Below, piece after piece: positions 8,446 through 19,540 of a stretch of 64,000 nucleotides of DNA (position 1 is the stretch's first letter; each line of letters begins with the position of its first letter). Position numbers and translations under genes: made by a program. The notes beneath the pieces were generated by a model. That model ran no database searches, was not told where the DNA came from, and was given only the letters and a program-made list of their open reading frames with translations. The DNA comes from Andalucia godoyi And28 (lineage: Eukaryota; Protista; Jakobida). The stretch is taken from NCBI GenBank assembly GCA_009859145.1, contig VRVR01000052.1:124001-188000 (forward strand). Direction: 5' to 3'.

Positions 8446-11400
8446 CTCCGTGCAGCCGAGATACGGTTTTTCTTTCTCCGTCAATGGATGTACCGTATGC
8501 AACTACGCGTATGGGAAGCGACATTAGTGTGCGATCCCAGCACTATGATGGGCATTCTCCGTTGCGCTCAATGATCTGGCCCCGTGCTGCCGTCAGCAGT
8601 TTTGTTCAGGCTTCATTGCTCGACAGCGGGATAGGTACCGTCACCATGGACGTTTGTGATGTGAGGAGTCCTTTCCAATCACACCCATTTTGCCCAGTTA
8701 GGTTGAAAGTACGTCGAGAACAGTGCGGTTGGTTGGGAGCTCCCCTGGGCCGGCTTCAAGAAGGTGAGCTGTCGCGATGTTCAACCAAAAAGATAATAAT
8801 TATGAAATGGTGTGGAAACAGCAGGTGTGGGGCCTTCTCAACCGGTCAGTCGATTCATCGACTATCCGCCAGCAGAACGTAAAAAGCAAACATTTCAAAA
8901 TAACGTAACAATCTAAGTGCCCCAGAAGAGTCGCAATATGTTGCGCATGCAAAATGCGGAATGCATCGAGCACAAACACAGAGAGAGAAAGAGAGAGGAC
9001 GGCGGGGAGGGGGAGAACACTGTGTAAACGACACGGTCTCGAATGGATGAAAAATAATGCACCAAATAACGATCCTCTGTCTGTCTCTTGCTGAGAAATG
9101 AAGAGAAACGTTTGACCGGCGACGCACAACATGACATCCAACCGCTCACTTGCGCGGTGTCACAATATTGTGACTCTCTCGAAAGCGAAAGGTACGCATC
9201 CCAGAAACAGAAGCAAACGGCGGAATAAAACGCATCTGTACAACAGAGACTCGTGTAAGTCTTCTGGCACGAACTACATAGAAAACAGAGCCATACCGTT
9301 TTATGAACAGCCATTTCAAATCATTTGCACAGACGGTGGCGAGCAATCCCGTGTGTTGTTTCAGATAAATGCGTCGCTCGGAAGCAGAAAATAAGGACTG
9401 TGCTTTTGACGTGCCAGCCGAGGATATTCTGCACGGGTCGTTGACTGCCGAGATTCGCCAGTTCCGTGTTTGCGCACTGTCGTTGATTGTGCAAATTATC
9501 AGATGCATTGCTCGTCGTTGATCGTGCATCCGAGGAAGACGCATCGTAATGCGCTCAAGAAAATAAGGGCTATTCCTCTCCATGTGGAAGCGGGTGTAGG
9601 GGGTCACTTGTGAGCGACAGTGCGTGGAGGCTTTGTCCCGGTCGGTGCAAGCAGTTTCTCGGGAAGACGAGTCCAGGAACGACTGCACGAAACAGGATAC
9701 GGAAGCGACATGATATGCAGCAAAGCGGTTGACAGCGCAGGTTCACGGTAATGTGCTGACTTCCGGAGGCCAGATCGATGCCTTTCATCGCAAATAAGTA
9801 TCTGCAACAAGAACTTGCAAGATTTGCAAGAAAGTCTGTCTCAGAACCAACATACCATCCGAAACGACAATTTGGTAGAATGCAGAAAAAGCCGGTGTGT
9901 CCAATGGCCACGGAGAAAAAAGCTGAATGAACACTTCGGCTCCTCATTTTGTTATATTCTCTTTTTTTTAATATTTGGGAAACGAACACGATCGTCGCAC
10001 ATTGATGAAACCTGGAGAACTGTTAAAAATGGAGGATGCACCAAAACATACTTTTGAATTTGTGCCGCTGACAACCATCAACGCTACTGGAGTAATTAAA
10101 TCGACTAAAATTTTGTAGGGGGAAGGTTATTCGTTCTGTGTTGTGACTCTGCCCACTCTCTGCAGAATTGCACATTGGGGATCGTCCTGGGCTACGGTGT
10201 GTGCTTGTTCTACCGGAGCATGTGATACTTGTTCGAAATACACTGTTGAGCGTTCTTTCACTTGCATGCAAACCAATACCCCAACGGTTTTTTCCCGCAA
10301 ATCAGCAATGCCGACAGCACAGTGTTGACGGTTCGGAATGCGCATGCGGCATCCTGCGCTCTTCTTACACTGGACGCAATTATTACTCAGAATTTTAATG
10401 CCAGAATTCATTTTGCTTCGATGCAAACAAGCGAATTTAGCATGCCACAGGCATCCTGTCGCCCTATCATTACTGTGGCCGAAGTAACAGGTACCCATCG
10501 TGATTGCTTGTCTCTATTATCTGAGTGGAGAAAGTCGCGACCGGAGTGTTGGAAATGCACGTTTCGCATTCCACGGGTAGCTAGCAAACCTGTTGGAACA
10601 GTTGGTATTACAATACGGAGTGCATCTGCCTAGGAAAATATGACTTGGGGAATCGAACGCTGTTGACACCGGTATGCGATTTCGTCGACCGAATAAGTGA
10701 CATAAGCAAACGTGCAGCAAAGCAAGAGCAGACGCTTACGTCTGTGAGAGGCGAATCCACCTGTTTGTAGCATAAACGGTGATTTTGGTATGCACTCATC
10801 ACTGCTTCATATCCTGATAAGCGTTCGTTTCCTTTTGGAATTCGACGATGCATTGCACGAAATGCAACAGAGTCGCCCGATTTGTCTTGTGTGCCGCTTC
10901 AACTTTCGGTGCTCTGTTAGATCGCTCTGTTATTGAGCTGACCATGCATTCTCCGTTTGTCATTCTGTTTTTCGCTGAGCGGTTGACTAGCTGATGATGA
11001 CCTCGTGATCGATTCCCAAGAAGCACATGCAAGGAGAGAGCCAGTGTGTGTTGAAGGTTGGCAGACCCGTGCACTTCTTCACATAGATTCCTTCCTGATT
11101 TTGCACGACATCTGCAACCGATGACGTCATCCGTGCTGAATTGTGCGTCCAGCATTCCGTCGAACATCCGAAGCCCAGAACCAAATTCTCCAGTGCAGAA
11201 ACGACGAGGCTCCGTTACTGCTGTGCTCAGAATTTTCGACGGATGGTTTAAGTTGTTTGGTCATCTGCTTTGTGTTTTGCAGTGTTTTAAATTTCCTCAA
11301 TTCAACAGTGTATCGAGTCTTAACTGCACGGTTCTTTTCAATAGTAAAACAAACAACGTCAGACAACATCGTATCGAATGCTGAACACTCGCTGGGACGC

Positions 11401-12002
11401 ACGTGCATCCGTTGTTCCGCTGTGCCATCTCCGCTCCGTCTTTCTCTTCTCTCAGGATGTGCGTCTTAACTGTAGTGCCCTCCCCCCTCCCCCCTTCTCA
11501 TGCAGAGACGCGCCTCACTATGCCACCGTATTCAGATCCACATCCCTCAAGCGGACATCACCGATCGCCGATTTCCATTCTCTTGTTCGTGGCGCGCATC
11601 GGGCAGTTGAGGTTTCAGCAAGGCGTCTTCACGGCTCCGCAGTGGCTCTCCGATTTTTTTCTTCTTCGTTGACCGAAATCTGGTTGATATGCGCGAGAAT
11701 CCTCTGTTTCGGACTTGCCCCAACACTCACTGTTGCTTGCGATCCACTGCTTTCACGCATATTGGGATATGCAATACTTCCCCCGATTTTTCCAACGTCT
11801 GTAAGAGCCCGATGTCCGGTCAGTAAAAGTCGTGTCTCGGCAGTCGGAGTTCGCGGGATTCCTTCCCCCGCTATTCATCTTCTTCTTTTGGGCCAAATGG
11901 TTGCTGTCAATCCGTCTTTTTAATTCTTACGTCCTCGCGTTCCTTCTGTCGCTTCATAGAGGCTTGGAATTTTCTGTCCTTTTTGCGACCGCATTGAAAA
12001 AA

Positions 12003-12362
12003 ATGAACAATAACGTGTTAGCAGAAGTCGCAAATTCCGAGTTGGAGTCCTTTGGAAAATACTGCAATCTCGAGCAGGACAATCTTCAGGCACATTTCCT
12101 CGGTGCAGTTTCAGAGGCTCTCAAAATAGAAAACGAGACCAAAGGCTTCATGTCTGCCGTCGCCGATGTTGTCCGCGACACGGAAGCTGCGCTACGGACG
12201 GCAGAAACAACAGCTGACGACAACGCAATTGGTTTCATGCAGTCGGCACAGATTGCCATCCAATTCATTGGTATGCGCTCTTCCAAATCTACACTGCTGA
12301 AATCAATGATCACTGACGTTTCCTCCCCCTCTCTTGTACAGCAGATGAAAATGCGGGCTTAA
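12003..12362 (+). CDS. Small alpha-helical hypothetical protein (119 aa)
   Basis: ATG at 12003 after an A-rich leader within the 176-aa ORF; amphipathic helical composition; converges on CTU2. Confidence 0.55.
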   Translation: MNNNVLAEVANSELESFGKYCNLEQDNLQAHFLGAVSEALKIENETKGFMSAVADVVRDTEAALRTAETTADDNAIGFMQSAQIAIQFIGMRSSKSTLLKSMITDVSSPSLVQQMKMRA

Positions 12363-12521
12363 CGGAGAAAATCCTTGACATCGCACGACTCATGGTGTAC
12401 CAAGCATAGCAAAGCGATGACAATGATAAAAAAAATAACAAAAAAATTATAAAAAAATAGCAACAAAAACAACAATAACAACCGGAAAACACCGGAAAGC
12501 AGTCGCGACATCTGAGCATCA

Positions 12522-13772
12522 TCACCAGTCCACGGCACCATACGCGGCAGGAAATGAATCCGCGTCCTCTATCAGGAAATCATCCAAATACGCCTTCATG
12601 TTTTCGCGCGTCATCAGCCGGCTCCGATGCCTGGCAGTCTGCACAAACTCTGGCTCCTGGGATGCAAGACCAGGCAATTCCTGCTCCATGCGTCGACAAG
12701 CATAGCACGTATCATGGCCCAGTTGCAGTTCCTTACCATCCATGAAATCACGACACAAGACACAAAAAACTGCTTGTTTTGCACCGGCTTCAGAAAGCTT
12801 CACGAATGACAGCTTCTCTGCAGCGCGCAGTACCGTGTGAATGGTGGTTGGAAAGCCTTCCTGCAGGTTCGTGACGAAATGATCAGTTGCGCGAAAGATT
12901 GTCGCAGTCGGATCCAAACATGACGAGAATGTAGGGAGCACTGCTGCGCAAATGCTGTTCGATCTCGCATAAAATGCAATTTCTCGTGGCAATGAGTCCC
13001 GCATTGGTCGCATGATGGTGCACCCAGGGAGCGAAACGACGTCCTTCTCCATAATGTGAAGCGGCATTGTCAGCCCGCTTCCTCGGCAGACATCGGACAG
13101 AGACTTCACAACCAGCGCCTTTGCTGAATCAGCAAACAACATGATTGAAGCACTCCATTTTGCTGCTTCATCAAGAAGAATCCGGTTTCTCAGCGCAACC
13201 AGCAATTCCTCCTTTGCAGAAGCCGTCCTTGCAGATTCAAACGCTGAAAGAAACGCCTCGCGAGACTCAAATCCTTTGTCGGCAGGAATAATTTGATAAG
13301 AGAATCCGTCACTCTCCTGGATTCCAATGCTCGCAATGGTGGTCTCAATCTCTGTCCGGACGTGTTCCGAAGGCGCCAGTTTCACAGGAGACACATCATC
13401 CACAAACACCACTTTCAAATCGAAGAACAGCTTTCGCTTTGCCGAATTCTTAGAGCGCAACAGCATAAACAACAAGACAGCAGAGGAAAATCCACCGGAA
13501 AACGCAAGAAATACACGGGATCCCGCTTTCAGATTGCTTGCTCCACCAAGATACTTTAGTACTCGCTTTGCAAACGAATACTGAAAGCACTCTGCACAAA
13601 CAACTTCTTCACGACAGAGAAAAGACGCTGGTTTACTGCATCGTCGGCACGAAGCATTGCGCCCAAGCATTGCTGGCTTCAACTGTTTCACAGGAGCATC
13701 GGCTTCATTGGTGCACGTAGGACGGTGGCTGCGGTCGTCTCCGGATAACGACGAGCAGTCTGAATTACTCAT
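12522..13772 (-). CDS. CTU2: Cytoplasmic tRNA 2-thiolation protein 2
   Basis: N-terminal CxxC...CxxCF zinc motif, degenerate PP-loop AFSGGFSS, IMRPMRD, C-terminal CVLC...CYAC. First ATG at 13772. Confidence 0.85.
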   Translation of the reverse strand: MSNSDCSSLSGDDRSHRPTCTNEADAPVKQLKPAMLGRNASCRRCSKPASFLCREEVVCAECFQYSFAKRVLKYLGGASNLKAGSRVFLAFSGGFSSAVLLFMLLRSKNSAKRKLFFDLKVVFVDDVSPVKLAPSEHVRTEIETTIASIGIQESDGFSYQIIPADKGFESREAFLSAFESARTASAKEELLVALRNRILLDEAAKWSASIMLFADSAKALVVKSLSDVCRGSGLTMPLHIMEKDVVSLPGCTIMRPMRDSLPREIAFYARSNSICAAVLPTFSSCLDPTATIFRATDHFVTNLQEGFPTTIHTVLRAAEKLSFVKLSEAGAKQAVFCVLCRDFMDGKELQLGHDTCYACRRMEQELPGLASQEPEFVQTARHRSRLMTRENMKAYLDDFLIEDADSFPAAYGAVDW

Positions 13773-14179
13773 TATTTCCAACTATACAGTGCCGAGCGAT
13801 GCCTGTTTTATGTGTGTGTGATGAGACGAGTGTGAGAGAGAGAGAAATAAACTGGGATCTCTTGGGGGTTGTTGACTTTTGGCGAGCGAACAGGGTTTCC
13901 GAATGCCACAATAACTTGAGGCAACGAGGTTGAGTACGCTGCGGGATGGAAGAACTTGGAGCTGCAGATTTCAACCTGTCGGCAAAACGCACCCCCCACC
14001 TTCCGCTGGCACACTGCTTTCATCCCTCTTCCCGCTTTCCAAGCTTCCAGGCGGGTCCCAATTCCTCAATTCAAAATGAAGTTCTTTGCGCGTTCATCTT
14101 CTTTCCTGTTTTTCCTGTCTTTCCTCCCCGCTCTTCTTCTCTTTTTGAATTTCCAGATAGCAAAAATCACTAACCCAAG

Positions 14180-14632
14180 ATGGCCCGCACCAAGCAAACT
14201 GCCCGCAAGTCCATGGGAGGCAAGGCCCCCCGCAAGCACCTTCTCGCCACCAAGGCCGCCCGCAAGTCGGCGCCCGCTGGTGGTGGAGTGAAGAAGCCCC
14301 ATCGTTTCCGCCCCGGTACGGTTGCGCTGCGTGAGATCCGCCGCTACCAGAAGTCGACCGAGCTGCTGATCCGCAAGGCGCCGTTCCAGCGCCTCGTCCG
14401 TGAGATTGCCCAGCAGGCAGGCTCCGGCTCGTTCGGCGGACAGGGCGGAGACCTCCGCTTCCAGTCGGCCGCAATCGGCGCACTCCAGGAGGCCGCCGAG
14501 GCGTACCTCGTTGCGCTCTTCGAAGACACCAACCTGTGTGCAATCCACGCCCGCCGTGTCACCGTCATGCCCAAGGACATGCAGCTTGCACGCCGCATCC
14601 GTGGCGAGCGCGCAACCGCCACTGCCCAGTAA
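14180..14632 (+). CDS. H3: Histone H3 variant (H3.3-like AAIG motif, loop-1 insertion), copy 1
   Basis: [10 protein letters not shown] tail, complete histone fold, 150 aa. Confidence 0.97.
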   Translation: MARTKQTARKSMGGKAPRKHLLATKAARKSAPAGGGVKKPHRFRPGTVALREIRRYQKSTELLIRKAPFQRLVREIAQQAGSGSFGGQGGDLRFQSAAIGALQEAAEAYLVALFEDTNLCAIHARRVTVMPKDMQLARRIRGERATATAQ

Positions 14633-14849
14633 GCGTTGTTCTGCGCTGCAGACCGTTATTCTGTAACCTTATGTACATTTGATAGCAAAAAACACATTTG
14701 TATAAATATTATTATTCCCCAGCAGTTCTCATATAAATTCTCTTTCTGTCCTTCGCACGGGGAAGGCTAGAGCTGAAGGCCAGACATCCATGTTGCACAC
14801 TTAAAACCTCCAATTTTTTGTATACGTACACACAGACAAAAACGACACG

Positions 14850-16418
14850 CTACCACTCGTCGTCGTCTTCTTCCGAGTTTGCAGAACCATCAGACTCTTC
14901 CAGAATGACACTTGGAGTGTCTGTCACGGACTGTCTAAAGCTCGGGATTCTCCATTCGATCACATGAGTGCGTCTCCCCGTACAGGCATCTCGACAGCGG
15001 ACAAACAAGCAATATCCTTTGGATTCAAACTCGACGAGCAGCTCAGAAGACTTGTCAGTGAACTTTGGGAACTGCACAATGGGCGAACGCGACCTTTGGT
15101 ACGCCAAGTACTCTTCCGTGAAGTGCTGCATATCCTCTGGAGCGGTCCCTCGCGGAATGAGCGCCGTCTTCAGAAAATCATCAACTAAGCTGAAATGCGT
15201 CTTTTCTGCCGCTTTTTGCGCAGAAACACTTTCAATATTCTGCCGGACATCTTGCGCATCCTTCAAATGCCGGAGAGCAGTCACCATATTCAGAAAGACT
15301 TTGTGAATGACAACAACATCCGAGACGGCATAGTCAACAAGAGACTGCAACAGCGGGCGCATCTGCCAGATCTTCGCATTGCTGGAGTATCTCTGCTTGA
15401 CCAGCTGATTCTGCCTTGCTGCAAGCGGGATTGGCACTTTGTGAATAATTGCAGTGTGGTGCAGGGCTCTGCGAAACTGAGGCTGGTTGATCATCTCAGG
15501 CCTCTTCAGGAAGGCATCCGCCACCTGCACATCAAAAATACCACGAACACGAAGGCCGAACTGGTGGTACAGCGCTGCGATGTCACACCGTGCGTCATGG
15601 AACACCTTGACCTTTGAAGAATCAGCTAGTGCATCTGCCAATCCTGAACACACAAGCCAATCGTACGTCCGTGCGAAGCTGATGAAATCAAAAAGAAAGA
15701 TCGCAAGATCTGCAGAAGAACGTGGGATCCCTACCTGCAGCAAGCACAGTCGGCCGTCTCGACCGAGTTCGGAGCCTTCCGCGTCGAGAATGACAAACGG
15801 ATGCTGGAGGTCTTTCAGATTCTCGATGCATTGCTTCACCTCGATCGCAACAGCGTCGCTGTCCACAAAAACAAAAGACGGTGCGGACATAGATGACGGG
15901 GCCCCAGCTGCGGACCGAACACTGCTGTTCGAGTCTTCGGCATTGGATTGAAAAAAAACGGAGTCCACAAAGTCGAAGAACCCCTCAAAATCGTAGGTTC
16001 TGTGGTCGACAAAGGAAGCATTGCTCCATCTCCGAAAGGCGTGGTGGAACTCATTGGACACAAAGTACTCCGCGCAGAACAAGTCAAGCAACGAGGAATG
16101 CCCTACCGTATGGATCGAAGGTTTCTCCACAGGTTGCACTGCAGGTTTTGCGGAATCTGTGTTTGAAGCAGCAGATTGACGGACAGCCCTCGACTCCGAC
16201 ACCGGAAGCGCATTTCGTTTCGTCTGAAGATCGTTCCACAGAACATTCGATGGGAAAAACTGAGGAATTTGTTTTCCGGTTTCATTCACATACCACGAGT
16301 GCAGCAAGCGTTTCCATTCTCTTTTTGAAGAAGGATAGTTCGCGAGCGCCAGCACGTATTTACGGAACTCCAAAGATATCCATTGATAATGGGCTTGTTT
16401 GTCATCTGAACTCTGCAT
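14850..16418 (-). CDS. 3'-5' exonuclease, DEDDy family (EXD1/Egalitarian-like)
   Basis: ExoI LDAEG plus GRLCLLQV, ExoII HDARCD, ExoIII DYAVSD. First plausible ATG at 16418. Confidence 0.8.
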   Translation of the reverse strand: MQSSDDKQAHYQWISLEFRKYVLALANYPSSKREWKRLLHSWYVNETGKQIPQFFPSNVLWNDLQTKRNALPVSESRAVRQSAASNTDSAKPAVQPVEKPSIHTVGHSSLLDLFCAEYFVSNEFHHAFRRWSNASFVDHRTYDFEGFFDFVDSVFFQSNAEDSNSSVRSAAGAPSSMSAPSFVFVDSDAVAIEVKQCIENLKDLQHPFVILDAEGSELGRDGRLCLLQVGIPRSSADLAIFLFDFISFARTYDWLVCSGLADALADSSKVKVFHDARCDIAALYHQFGLRVRGIFDVQVADAFLKRPEMINQPQFRRALHHTAIIHKVPIPLAARQNQLVKQRYSSNAKIWQMRPLLQSLVDYAVSDVVVIHKVFLNMVTALRHLKDAQDVRQNIESVSAQKAAEKTHFSLVDDFLKTALIPRGTAPEDMQHFTEEYLAYQRSRSPIVQFPKFTDKSSELLVEFESKGYCLFVRCRDACTGRRTHVIEWRIPSFRQSVTDTPSVILEESDGSANSEEDDDEW

Positions 16419-16638
16419 TTCGTGGAGAGCTGCAGAATTCCTGCACAGCCGCGGAATCGAAAAATAGACCAGCTTCCCCCCCGAAAATAATGATAATAAA
16501 CCTGAATTGCAGAAGAAGTACACGGCTGGGGATAAGAAACAGAAGAAGAAGAAAAGGAACGAAAGCAGACCAAAACCCCCGAAAGCAGCGTCGAAATTCA
16601 AATGCCTTTTATTATTAAAAATTAACAAAGCAATTCTC

Positions 16639-17658
16639 TTACAAGAATAGGACGTTGGAGACGACTGGCTGGCCTTCGACATTGGACGAGATGGGTGTTT
16701 CTGAGATCATGCCCATGATTCCGCCGGTGACGACGACTCTCGGAGAGTTGTTCCCGATTCCAATAAGACCGTTTTCCCATTGGTGGTTCGAAATGGACGC
16801 AGACTGAACGTTTGGTCCCAGCCAGATGCCTGTTCCACTCACGAAGGTCCCGCTCCAACATTCCGACATCTGCAGCCCTTGTGCGGCTTCAAAATGCCAT
16901 GCATCATCCGCGACCGTGTCTGCATCGACGCTTGTGAACTGCAGCCACTGATTGGAAGTCCCGTCCACCAGTACGCCGATCATTCCGCCAAGGAAATCCG
17001 AGTCGGTGAACTTTGCGCCAGAGACGTCAGTCAAGTACAATCCATATCCCGCTTTCGACGGCGTGTTGTCTGCATGAATCTTTGAAAAGAAGGAGTCTCC
17101 GTTCACGTTCGTGATGCGAACAGCAACATGAACATGGTTCCTGATGTTCAGAGACTCCACATCCAGATTTCCCGTCGAGTCGGCGCTGAACGCCGTGCCC
17201 CATCCCGACAGGAAGTACAGATTTCGAACGGAAATGAGAAAATTTGAAGATAAAAACAATCCGGTTGAGGACGCCGACGGTACAGAGGGCTGCAGACCAA
17301 AGTTTGACAGCACAATTCCAGACGAATGTGAGATCAACAGAAGTGGACTGTTCTGGGATCCTGTCTGAATCAGGATCGAAGCGGTCGGCGAAACTCCTCT
17401 GATTTCGAGACCACTGGATCCGCTAACAGACAGAGTGGTGTTGCAGTGATACTGGCCCGCGGGAATCAGCACAGAAGCGCCCCGCATACTGGTAGCGCTT
17501 GCAATTGCGGTTTGGATTGCGGCAGACGAATCTTTGTTTCCAGAGGGGTCTGCGCCGAACGCAGTGATGTCAACAAAGAACTCTGCGCAAACCGCACGGC
17601 TCCAAATGAGAACCGCCGCAAACACGATGCACAGTCGTGCGAGCTGCCGTGCATGCAT
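16639..17658 (-). CDS. Secreted right-handed beta-helix protein (pectate lyase 3 / GH55-like / tailspike-like)
   Basis: Signal peptide from ATG 17658 (MHARQLARLCIVFAAVLIWSRAVCA); VDITAFGADPSGNKDSSAAIQTAI...VLIPAGQY N-terminal motif; parallel beta-helix repeats follow. Confidence 0.8.
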   Translation of the reverse strand: MHARQLARLCIVFAAVLIWSRAVCAEFFVDITAFGADPSGNKDSSAAIQTAIASATSMRGASVLIPAGQYHCNTTLSVSGSSGLEIRGVSPTASILIQTGSQNSPLLLISHSSGIVLSNFGLQPSVPSASSTGLFLSSNFLISVRNLYFLSGWGTAFSADSTGNLDVESLNIRNHVHVAVRITNVNGDSFFSKIHADNTPSKAGYGLYLTDVSGAKFTDSDFLGGMIGVLVDGTSNQWLQFTSVDADTVADDAWHFEAAQGLQMSECWSGTFVSGTGIWLGPNVQSASISNHQWENGLIGIGNNSPRVVVTGGIMGMISETPISSNVEGQPVVSNVLFL

Positions 17659-17958
17659 TTGGCAGATCTTGCATGTGCAGCAGCGGGACAGAAGATGAGT
17701 TGAGAGGCAGAACCGACAAGAGGCCGCTGACTGGGCACAGCAGCGAGTGAGAGAGGGAGCACACAAGCCAGGGCAAACAGCCACCCCTCGAGAAGCCTGC
17801 CGGTCGTAGCCTTTGAGACTAGGCTTTCCGTGAGAATTCCGCAAGAGAGCGGACGCTCTTCCCGTTAGCGCCTGGTTGAAACCCGGCTTGTCAGGAAGGA
17901 TGTCTTTCGATTCCAGAACGCCGATGGTTTCACGGGACGCCGCAGTTCTTCGCCCGAT

Positions 17959-19323
17959 ATGAAGACGCTCAGCTATTGGCAAGTGCTTCGTTCTTCTTGG
18001 AAGATTCAGATCGCGACATTTACATTTTTCTTTTGCGATGCTTTCGTGACCACCCTGCTGTCCCCGTTCTTGTCGGATCTATACAAACATGACGATGCAG
18101 CTGCAGTCAAGGCATCGGCAGTGGCCAATGCCGGATGCCGCATTTTTCAGTTCTTATTTCTGCCGCTTCTAGGAGTTTTATGCGACTCCATAGGACGTCG
18201 GTTTGTCATGCTTCTGTCGCTTGCAGGAGCATCCGTTGCGTACTGCATGATTGGATTTACGTTTTCTTCGAAAGTCGTGTTTTTGACTGTGATCGGAATG
18301 ATTATCTATGGCGCAACGTCAGGGTTTTCCACAGGAGTCAAGGCACACATTGCAGACACTTCTGACCCTCACGATCGACCGCGGTATTATGCGCTGAACG
18401 ACATCCTTGGACTGTTTCTTCCGTACGTGCTGGCACCTTTGTGCAGCGGTCTTGTCCTCTCGCTTTCTGACGTTGTCTATCAATTCCAGTTTCTCGGTGC
18501 CTCTGTTTTGTGCTTCTGCTGTTTTGTCTTTTTGCGGTTTTCATTCAAAGAGTCTCTTACTTCTGAAAGACGAGTTCCCTTCTCCTGGTCGCGATCGAAT
18601 CCGTTTGCATCGTTCGTCGTTCTCTGGACTGAAAACAAGTTCTTCAGATCGTTTGCTTTCGGTCTCTTTTTTGCTGGCTTGTCTTTTTCGATTCCGTTGA
18701 CAGTTGCCTTCTTTTTTCTTCGAGACCGCTTCGGTTGCTCAACTGTTGAGTATCTGTTCTCTGTAATCTTGTTTGCTTTCGCGTCCATCGTATCGTGTGC
18801 GGTGTCAGGCCCACTTGCTTCCCGATTTGAGGAGAGGAAAGTGTTTTTAGGAGGGCTATTCGTTGGGGTCATTGGGCTTGTAGGCTGCGGTTTATCACCG
18901 TCATTCGCAGTCTACTGTCTGTTCCACATATGCTTTGGCCTGTTTGGAGCAGTCTTCCCGATGTGCTCATCCTTGGTATCCAAAAACAGTTCTGTGCAAG
19001 CCCTTGGGAAAGTCAGCTCGGCGATGCTCGCAATATTGTTGCTGTCTACTGCTTCGGGCGGACTTGCGTTTGCGACTTTGTATTCCGATTTCTCTTCGCA
19101 CTCGAAAAGTGCGCTGTCTCTCGCAGCCGTATGGCTTATTGCAGGGGGCCTGATGGTTCTATCGTTTATTATAGAGTGGATGTGTTTTCGTTGTTTTCCA
19201 CGAAATGCGAATTCGGCTCCTACTGAACACGTGGTTCTGGGATCAGAGGACGAGACAAAAGCCGAGACGGAAACGGAAATTGAAGCCAGCCTCTCAGAGT
19301 CGCGGAAACTCCTCATTTCGTGA
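17959..19323 (+). CDS. MFS transporter, DHA1/TetA-like (MFSD14-like)
   Basis: About 12 hydrophobic segments, MFS motif A LGVLCDSIGRR, antiporter-like GMIIYGATSG. Confidence 0.9.
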   Translation: MKTLSYWQVLRSSWKIQIATFTFFFCDAFVTTLLSPFLSDLYKHDDAAAVKASAVANAGCRIFQFLFLPLLGVLCDSIGRRFVMLLSLAGASVAYCMIGFTFSSKVVFLTVIGMIIYGATSGFSTGVKAHIADTSDPHDRPRYYALNDILGLFLPYVLAPLCSGLVLSLSDVVYQFQFLGASVLCFCCFVFLRFSFKESLTSERRVPFSWSRSNPFASFVVLWTENKFFRSFAFGLFFAGLSFSIPLTVAFFFLRDRFGCSTVEYLFSVILFAFASIVSCAVSGPLASRFEERKVFLGGLFVGVIGLVGCGLSPSFAVYCLFHICFGLFGAVFPMCSSLVSKNSSVQALGKVSSAMLAILLLSTASGGLAFATLYSDFSSHSKSALSLAAVWLIAGGLMVLSFIIEWMCFRCFPRNANSAPTEHVVLGSEDETKAETETEIEASLSESRKLLIS

Positions 19324-19540
19324 GCATACCGTGTGCGTTCCAGCTGAGCTTCCTGGAAACAGGTGGCAGGAGCAGACCGCAGATGTGGTCGAGTCGTTCT
19401 TCTTCCCGTCTATGGTATTCCCTGGAAGTCATCAATTTATCGCTATCGTACAGTGCAGTTTGAATTAATTTAAAGAGAGAGTGAGAGAGAGAGAAAATAA
19501 TAATATAAAAAATAACGGAAATTCTGTGCATGAGCTAGGA

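Noticed and set aside
14180-14632. Calling the H3 variant CenH3/CENP-A
   Set aside because: Despite the long loop 1, it keeps a nearly canonical N-tail and Q68, F84 and T107, and carries the H3.3 AAIG motif.
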